DNA of 64,000 nt from Octopus sinensis (taxonomy: Eukaryota). The translations under genes were made by a program, and so were the position numbers. This document shows, piece by piece, positions 54,938 to 64,000 of this stretch; position 1 is the stretch's first letter, and every line of letters begins with the position of its first letter. The stretch spans positions 136,400,001 to 136,464,000 of the forward strand of contig NC_042999.1 of assembly GCF_006345805.1 (NCBI RefSeq). The letters run 5' to 3'. The notes beneath the pieces were generated by a model. The model made no database searches and was not told where the DNA came from. It was given only the letters and a program-made list of their open reading frames with translations.

Positions 54938-55156
54938 TACATACATCTCTAAATGAGAATTTTCAAGATTCATTCTTTCTGTTTTGTTATTTCAAATAGA
55001 TACTGATCTTTACTCTATTTAATTTGTAATCAGTTCTCAGTAAACAAATACTTCAATTAGACAAATTTGAAGATGCCTTTTAAAATCATTTATGTCTAGT
55101 TATCATATATACATATGTATATATATGTATACACACACACACACTCACATATATGT

Positions 55157-55416
55157 ATCATCATCATCATCATCATCGTTTAACGTCTGCTTTCCATGCT
55201 GGCATGGGTTGGATGGTTTGACTGGGGACTGGTGAGCCAGATGGCTGCACCAGGCTCCAATCTGATCTGGCAGAGTTTCTACAGCTGGATGCCCTTCCTA
55301 ACGCCAACCACTCCAAGTGGATGCTTTTATGTGCATACATATATATATATATACATACACACACACACAGATGCACACACACATCCATATACATACATAT
55401 GTATACATATATATAC

Positions 55417-55477
<61 letters not shown>

Positions 55478-55885
55478 CTCTTTTACTTTTTTACTCTTTT
55501 ACTCTTTTACTTGTTTCAGTCATTTGACTGTGGCCATGCTGGAGCACTACCTTTAGTTGAGCAAGTCGACCCCAGGACTTATTCTTTGTAAGCCTAGTAC
55601 TTATTCTATTGGTCTCTTTTGCCCAACTGCTAAGTTATGGGGACATAAACACACCAGCATCGGTTGTCAAGCAATGTTGGGGGGACAAACACAGACACAC
55701 AAACGTATTCACACACACATACATATATATACATATATATATGTTTCTGTCTGACAAATACACTCACAAGCCTTTGGTCAGCCTGAGGCTATAGTTGGAG
55801 ACACTTGCCCAAGGTGCCACGCAGTGGGACTGAAACTGGAATGATGTGGTTCGTAAGCAAGCTACTTACCACGCAGCCACTCCTA
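55157..55885 (-). mobile_element. RTE 3' tail fragment (about 55157-55330) and SINE family A copy (about 55488-55885)
   Basis: Match the tail at 29600-29932 and the SINE at 35120-35544; the SINE head is locally duplicated at about 55905-55930. Confidence 0.85.
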
Positions 55886-56049
55886 CGCCTGTATATATAT
55901 ACATTTACCACACAGCCATTCCTACGCCTATATATATATATATACACACACACAGGCACATACACATATCCAGACAACCACATATATACTGAATCTATAC
56001 AGTGAAAGAAGAAGTAGAAAGTGACAACTTCTGATTCATACAATCTAAG

Positions 56050-56208
<159 letters not shown>

Positions 56209-58329
56209 TATGTTCTTATTCCATATTTGTACAAAACTTTCTGTTCTGAAAATTTTATCTATCATTAGAAACTCTGTAAAAGATAAGTAACTTTGATCAT
56301 TAGTATAAGGCTATCAGTCATATGGGATTAGGTACAAAACACCTTGAAATTGATGGAAAGACACATTCTATATTCAACTGATGAAACTTAACTTTTGAAA
56401 TGAAAGTGCTTAACACAGAATTTATTTCCTAGGCATACAAGTATAGGAACATGACATGTACAGATACCATAGAGTAAACTGCAATCTGTATTAGAAAGGT
56501 GTTTTTCACTAAAAGTACTCAATGATGTTCATGTAAATTATGAATTGCTTGGGATATGACACAGCTTTAAATCTCTGCAGTAACAGGAATGGAAAATGTT
56601 AACTTCTCGTACCTGATTTAAAGGAAATATCTTTTATATATATTTTACCTGTTACTTATTTTAGTCTTTGGACTGCGATTATGTGGGGCACCACCTTGAA
56701 GGTTTCATATTTTGGTGCAAGGCCAGCAATTTCGTGGGAGGTGGGGATAAGTCAAGTATATCAACTCCAGTATGTGACTGATACTTATTTTATCAACCTT
56801 AAAACGATGAAAGGTAAAGTCGACCTTGGTGGAATTTAAACTCAGAATATAAAGACAGATGAAATGCTTTTCTTATCTTTTGACTCCCCTTTCATATCAT
56901 TTTTTCCCTTTCTCGTCATTCTAGCTGTTGTCTGCTTCTCCTCATTTTATTTCTCTTTCCTTCTACCTTTCTCATCCAGTTTCTCTCTCTTCTTACCTGT
57001 GAATTGAATCAGCTGCACTAGTGAATGCGTGAAAACAAAAGAGGAATTTCAGAAGAAGTATCAATAAAACTTGTTTAAAAGCATCAAATAGCCATGGGGG
57101 TCAACTAGAATAAAATAGTAATCAAAGGGGTCCATAGTTAAAAAATGGTTGAGGACCACAGACTAAGAGGATCTAAAACTCTACTACCTCTCTTTAATGT
57201 CACCCCTGTCAACTTTTCCATGAAGAAGGACTCTCCATAGCATTGGAGCTTCCACTCCCCACAGCAATTTCACTCTACTCTTTTTGTCTAGTTTCCTAAA
57301 TAATACAAGTTTTGCCAATGCAGATCAATACACATCTCTTTGGATTCTGTTTGACAGCACATATGTGTGTGTGTGTGTGTGTGTGTGTATACCTATATGT
57401 ATATATGTCTATATTTATATATTGTATTTATACTATGTATGTATTTATACTATGTATGCATGCTATATCTGAATTCACGAACATACGCAGCAAGAAATAG
57501 ATATGTGTGTCACATTCTGTCAAGAGTTTTCAATTTTAAATTGATGTTTACAGAGACAGAATGTTTAATATCGTGTATATTAAAATATCTTATCTGTTAA
57601 TATATGTACAGACACATTGTGCACACGCAAAATGCTGAAACTTAACACATATATTTGCAGGTGTGTGTGTGTGTGTGTGTTTATTATACATGTTGGATTG
57701 ATTGGTGCCTTTAAAATTTTGTCTGTAGCAGCTTATTCAACCAGCATGTTGAATACTTCTTAATTTAACAAGCCGTACATTAACACTCACTTATGCATGT
57801 AAATATGTACATGTACACTTGTTAGTCTGGATATATGATGAGTATAGATGGTAACAGTTTCAGGTAAAAGAGCCAAACACTGAAATTAGATGGTGCTTGT
57901 GGAAAAGGAAGACCCAGAAAACATGGGACAAAGTAATGAAAATGAGTTTCAAGATGCTGAACCATACAAAAGAAACAACAAGGCACCATAATAATCAGCA
58001 ACATGCTGAGATGGAGAAATCTCTCATATTCTTCGGTAAGCATAGCAAAGGGAATGCTAAATGGATGGTGGATGCATTTGTCCTTTAACCTCTATCACTT
58101 TTAAGATACCCTTTTGCCTCTCATTCTGTCACTGCTTTCCTTCTCTCTCTCTCTCTCTCTCTTCCACCATTAATCCACTGTTCCCCCCTCTTACCTCTCT
58201 TTCTCTCACTGTTCTCTCACCTCAGCTTCTTTGTTATGTCAACATACTTTCATCACCCAATTTCTTTTTCCTGCACTTTTGATGGTACGTTCACATCCGT
58301 TGGACAGCCGATCTCCACAACAGTGCATA

Positions 58330-58670
58330 TCTTTTGTTCCCTGTCCCACAGAATAATATCAGGTCTATTATGTTGCACCAAACTGATGTTTTTATTGGAC
58401 TGTTCCACCAGTATTCCTTGTTTTCAAAGGAGTGAATTCATGCTGCTTCTGACATGCCTTTGATATTTACAATAGAGCAGTCCTTCCTATGGATAGCATT
58501 TTAAATAGTCTTTACAATTATATCATACCTCAGGGGCAGGCATACCTCATAGACATTTTGGAGTAGCTGTTGATGATGTAGGTGATAGCTTCCACCCTGG
58601 TATAGCAGAGCTAACGTTTTCTATCACAACATAGAGGTTTGGTAATATCTTTGTCTCTCTTGTTTATCTG
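58330..58670 (-). mobile_element. Old R4/Dong-type fragment (same type as 25290-26530) abutting the CR1 tail
   Basis: Minus strand gives YSKMSMRYALPLRYDIIVKTI...NKEYWWNSPIKTSV; aataatatcaggtctattatgtt matches about 25724-25746. Confidence 0.7.
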
Positions 58671-58672
58671 GT

Positions 58673-61600
58673 ATAATAATAATAATAATAATAATAATTG
58701 TGTACAGTGCTCAGGTGCACTACAACTCATCTAAAGTGTATATATAATCAGGTGTAGTTTCGACGGATTTCGGGAAGCATGAGGGCCTTAAAGGATGCAG
58801 TGTCATGGCAGTCAACAACTGATGCAGGCAGTTTATTCCACGCTTCAGCAACCCTGAGCGTGAAAAAATGTTTCCGAAAGTCATGGGAGCTGTGCTGTTT
58901 TCTGACTTTGTAGGCATGTCCACGTGTGTTAGACACATGGAGATCAAAAAGGTGTTCAGTGTTGTTGTTGGTGAGGTGGTTGATAACCTTGTGGGTGTTT
59001 ACCAAGTCCGTCGCCAGATGCCGGAGCTTCAGTGAATCCATGCCCAGGGAAACAAGGCGCTCAGAATATGGTAGGTGTCTGATGGAGGGTATGCGTTAGG
59101 TTGCACGTCTCTGGACAGATTCCAGGAGGTCAATGTTCTGAGCAAGATAGGGATTCCAAACTGATGATGCGAATTCCAAGTGTGGTCATACCATAGCTGT
59201 ATACAGTTTTAAATAGATGGCTGGAGAGCGGCTAACAAAAGTCTTGCTGAGTGATGCCAAGACACCCTCGGCCTTCTTGACAATTTTAGAGATATGCTTT
59301 GTCCAACGCAAATCACTGCTGACAGTGATGCCTAGGTCACGCTCGCAAGAGGATTTCTTGATATCAGTGTTGTGGAGGGAGTATGTGGATGCAGGGTTTT
59401 TTCTCCCAAAATGCATGGTGGTACACTTGTCCACAGCCAGTTTCAGTTGCCAGTCTGTGATCCATTGCTGCATTGTGTCTAGGTCTGATTGCAGGAAAGA
59501 GTTGTAGACATCAGGATCAGTCCTCTTGATTTCAAGGTACAGCTTGATGTCGTCTGCATATTTCAATACTGTGGCATTCTTTAAATTGGCATCTATGTCA
59601 TTAATGTATGCCACAAACAGGAGGGGACCAAGGACAGATCCCAGTGGTACACCCGATGACATCTCATATGGTGTAGAGTGCTGTCCTAGAACTGTGACTA
59701 CCTCCTTTCGGCTGAGGATGAAGGATTTCAACCAGTTAAAAAGGTCATCCCCCACACCCATTGCAGAGAGTTTCACCATAAGCCTTTTGTGTGGCACAGA
59801 GTTGAAAGCCTTAGCAAAGTCAAGGTAGACAACATCCACCCATGAGCCACTGTCAGTGATCTGAGTAATGTCCTCAAGGAACTCGACAAGCTGGTCACTG
59901 CAGCTGGAGTTAGGGACAAATCCATATTGTGAGGGTCGGATGAGACTGTGAGAGCTCCAGAAGTTCCAGAGTGTTTCTCTGACACACGATTCCATCAGTT
60001 TTGCAATACAGCTAGTGAGACTGACTGGGCGATAGTTGACAGGTGATGTGTGGTCACCCTTTTTGAACAGAGGAATGACACTGGCAGTTTTCCACTGCTC
60101 CGGAGTAGCACCATTGTTGAGACAGTACTGGAAGAAACTAGAAAGCTGGTGTAAAAAGAAGTGCCTGCCACGTTTGAGAAGCAGGTATGTAACTCCATCG
60201 AGACCAGGGGAGGCATAGTTGCGCTTATTTTGAAGGTGACGTCGCAGCATTGCAGGTGTAAATTCCATAGTTGTTATGGAGTTTGCTGTTAGTGATGGTG
60301 AAGATGGTACATTTTGACTTTCGACAGTGAATATGTTTGCATAGCACTCGGCAATGAGTTCTGCACATTCCTTGGGGTTGTCAGTGATCTGGTTCGTGTG
60401 AGGGTTGCGAAGAGGGCCCACTGGAGAGTGAGGTCTCTGCTTTGAATGCACATATTTCCAGAAAACCTTGCTGTCAGGATTGGCTGCTATGCACTGTTCA
60501 AATTCAAGCACTGCATTTTTTGTCACTTGCTTGAGATGGTTGGAGGATTTATTCCGCTTCTTCCTGTTGGTGTCTGATTTATGCAACTTGTATTCCTGTT
60601 CAGCAGTCCGACGTTCCTTCCTGGCAAGTCGGAGTATAGTATTCACATCTCCAGAGTTGTAGAATTCACGCCAGTTTGGGTGCTGTAGTTCAGTGTGGTA
60701 CAGGTTCCAATCTGCTCTCTTCCAATCGAAGGAAGCAGATTGGAGATGGTTCAGGTGTTTGTTGCCCGCAAGAGCCAGATTGGCGATGATCATAGCATGA
60801 TCAGAGTCACCTAGAGGTTCCTCCGTAGTGCAATTGATAACCGCTTCAGGATTTGTGGTGAAGAGCAGGTCCAAGGTGTTGTCGCCTCTTGTTGGAGAGG
60901 TGACTACTTGTGACCAGTTTGAGTCCAGCACAAGCTCAACAAAATCGTTTGCACTCTGTGGCCAGCGGAAGGTTTCCCAATCGATCTCAGGATGATTGAA
61001 ATCACCTGCAATAAACACATAAGTGGCTGTTTTCCTGGCTGCAGCTCGGAGGATGTTGCAAAGCTGTGTGTCCTGATGGTAATTTGGGGGACGATAAACA
61101 ACGCCAAGCAGGAGTGTTGACATGGTCATACGTACGTCACAGAAAAAAACTTCTTCTTGTGATTCATTCAAATCGGCACAAGGAATTACTAAAAAATTTG
61201 AACGAATGTAGACCATCACACCACCACCACGGCGGTTAGTGCGGTCCTTACGGAAGAGGTTGTACCCCGTGATGTTGAAAACCCCATCACAGAGTAAGGA
61301 ATGCGCCCATGTTTCCGTGACAGTGATGAAGTCAGGGTCAACACTTCTGACGTAGGCGTTGAACAAATGTATTTTGTTGCATAAACTGCGAGCATTTAAG
61401 GACAACAATTTGTACCCTGCTCGCAGTTTATGATGGTGTGTGGAGGATGGCAGATTGTCCTGGCTTAGTTTCCCTGAGTTGCTGTAGTCTTTTTAGTTAT
61501 TGTGGGTAGAGAGCACTCAGACCAGCTGGTATCTCTCTTCCACGTTTCATCAGTCTTGACAAATCTCCAGATTTGTCCATCTTCCCGAAGACTGAAGCTT

Positions 61601-62200
61601 TCCTGTAGAGCTGAGTTCCTATTCAGGGAAGCCGCTACACGTAGCTTCGGACGTAGATCGGACGGTAAGCCTGGGCGTGTTCGGAAGGTGGTCCGATTTT
61701 CACGCCCAGCTTTAACTGAGGCCAGATGGTAAGAGGTTGCCTCAGTGTGGTCCGAAAAAGACAGCTTGATGAGCCTAGGTTTTGGGCCAGGTCGTCCAAG
61801 GCGGATAGCACCCGTTGGGGGAACGCAGCCTAGGTCTTTGGTTGGGGGAACGCAGCCTAGCAGCTATCTCCTATTTTGGGATAGTGAAGGCATATCCTTC
61901 AAGGTGGGATGTAATGTATCTACCACAGGTCCAAGAGAGACTACTCTTGCTGTCAGTGTTGTTGTTATCCTCTAGCTTATGGGATATGGCCAATGCATCG
62001 CCTTTTGCTGGTATGATGCCTGCCTTTCCTTTAAGCTTCTGTTTAAATAGGCCAGCCCTGCCTCATTTGGATCACATGAAACAGTTGTATTCTCAAAGTA
62101 TTCCTACAGTAGTTCTCCAACCCAGAAGATGTTGTTGCTCTCACTTTTGAGTATGCATGGAATGTATTCATTTCTTTCTTTACTGTTCAGCAGGTGTTGT
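58673..62200 (-). mobile_element. Near full-length CR1-type LINE with (ATT)n tail; 5' boundary uncertain
   Basis: APE plus RT ORF2; C-terminal NTRGH..K...RKHFFTLRVAEAWNKLP; trinucleotide tail at 58673-58698; decayed ORF1-like region upstream. Confidence 0.92.
58748..61408 (-). pseudogene. CR1 ORF2 (AP endonuclease plus reverse transcriptase), one frame with two nonsense codons
   Basis: 740 aa open (LNARSL, ITVTETW, AGDFNHP, TLDLLF, SDH, YLDFAKAF, GSVLGPLLF, YADD). TGA at 59186-88 (VRPHLE motif, CGA to TGA) and TAA at 59096-98; the frame continues to 58748. Confidence 0.92.
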
Positions 62201-62940
62201 CTGAGTGATACAATGTGATGAAAGAATATAACATTCAAAGGCCTTTTGGATCGACCTTATGCCTCTACTGCCATCACTTCATCTCACATAGACTCTATTA
62301 GTGTTGCTGTTATGTGGAAGGCGATGAGGAGATAGACAAGCTATTGATGTACATGTTCTACATCTGGTCAACAATCTTTCTTTGGTTGACTACCATGTAT
62401 GGGCATATAACTTGCCTAAACTCCATTCCTATGTCTCATGAGAATGTTATGACTAGTTTAAATTGTCTATTGATATTGATCATGTTACCATGTATGTGTA
62501 TATGTATGTAAGAATGTATGTATGTATATATGTATTTATGTATGTATGTATGTATGTATGTATGTATGTATGTATGTATGTATGTATGTATGTATGTATG
62601 TATGTATGTATGTATGTTGGTAAGTATGTAAGTATGTATGATTGTATAAGTGTGTGTACATATGTACACATGTATGTATGTATTTATGTATGCATGTATG
62701 TATGAGTGTTTGTGTGCATTTATCGGTCTGTTTGTATGTATGTATGTATGTATGTATGTATGTATGTATGTATGTATGTATGTATGTATGTATGTATGTA
62801 TGTATGTATGAATGAATGTATATATAGCTTACCATATTTTTCTAATTAAACTTGTTCCTCAACAAAAGAAATCATAAGGTTACAATGGAAGAAGACATCA
62901 AGAATCAGAAATTAAACTCAATATTAAATCAAATTATGTG

Positions 62941-62985
<45 letters not shown>

Positions 62986-63804
62986 TGCGTGCGTGCTTGC
63001 GTGTGTTTCTATATATATGTGCGTGTGTTTTTGTTGTGTGTGAGTGTGTATGGGTGCAAGAGAGGGAGAGAGTCTTTAGCTGACCACTCAATTTGTCTGG
63101 AATTTAATAGTAGTCCCTTCCACTAACAGAACTTTCCAGTCAGATGATAATTTGATGTGAAAAATTATGGTCATTAATGAACAAAATTTATGTCTTGTGT
63201 AACATAAGCCCTTTGACCTCTAGATATACGTTAAATACACATCTACTGGTTGATGTGCATTATATCTACCACTTTCTTTGTATTTTGATATCATTAATGG
63301 TCGAGGGATCTTTTATTTTATAGTTTGTTTTTCCTTTATGTTTGTTTTGTTTTGTTTGTTTGAGTTTAGATGTTTATATACCAGGAATTTGCAAAGTGTT
63401 ATGGTTGCTGTAGCTTCCACATAGATTAGTCAATTTATTTTGGTTGATATCGATGCTTGAATCTGTTTCAAGAATATCTAGGATGGCCAAATTTTTATTT
63501 TTTATTGTTGCTGCTACTTAGCCATTAAGTTTTATTAACAAGAGGGACTTTTATTGGTGATGAAGACATAAAGGCATTAGCTTGGCAGAATTGGTTGTGA
63601 TATTTAGTTATGAATCTTAATATTCTAAGTTTAAATCTCCAGAAGATCAACTTTGTCTTTTCTTCAACCAGGATCAATAAAATGAAGTACTGCTCATGTA
63701 TTGGGGGTGATTCATATGATATATCCTAAAACTGAATGAAATTATAATAAAAAGATGCACAAGCTAAGATTGACTAGCCTTTGGAAGACTGGTTCCCCTG
63801 AGTC

Positions 63805-64000
63805 AACCCTATCAAGTGTCAACAGCCTCAGTAAGCACTTATGGTGGCAACAGGTAATGAGGAATTAGGGTCTGATTCTAGAGAGGAAGCATGCAAAACA
63901 GCTACCACATCCAATGAAGGCAGCAGGTGCACAAAATTACTCACTTCCAACATGGAGAAGTAGTGACAAAAAACTATCATGCAGGACTCTGTTGAGGCCC
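63805..64000 (+). pseudogene. Decayed 18S rRNA fragment (orphan rDNA), continues off the right edge
   Basis: ggtaatgaggaattagggtctgattctagagaggaagc...gctaccacatccaatgaaggcagcaggtgcacaaaattactca...tagtgacaaaaaa...ggactct..gaggccc follows the conserved eukaryotic SSU block GCTACCACATCCAAGGAAGGCAGCAGGCGCGCAAATTACCCA. Confidence 0.88.

Noticed and set aside
59217-60662. Plus-strand and alternate-frame ORFs over the CR1 element
   Set aside because: Shadow ORFs of RT/APE coding sequence, with no independent motifs.

Overview
Repeat-saturated, AT-rich animal genomic DNA with no confidently recognisable host protein-coding gene. The dense (TA)n/(ATAC)n/(ATAG)n/(AAT)n microsatellites and tRNA-headed SINEs suggest an octopod cephalopod; this is an inference. 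Contents: RTE LINE fragments (one with a ~61-bp tandem array in its 3' region); an R4/Dong-type RLE retrotransposon with an open 602-aa RT-RLE ORF inserted in (TAA)n, plus three older R4-like fragments; a near-complete CR1-type LINE; a full-length and a truncated Tc1 transposon; two Helitrons; four SINE families; and a CpG-decayed 18S rRNA fragment at the right edge. The most notable signal is a dispersed Penelope-like element (PLE) system. It comprises an RT remnant (12.1 kb), a GIY-YIG endonuclease remnant with an inverted terminal segment (40.8-42.65 kb), and many short (TA)n-embedded mini-elements. About 11 type-I hammerhead ribozyme (HHR) motifs from sequence-unrelated families occur in these, most with a palindromic stem III. 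Several 'MITE-like' palindromes turn out to be HHR-bearing termini folded back on an inverted copy. All calls were made by eye; no searches or folding programs were run, and many boundaries are approximate.
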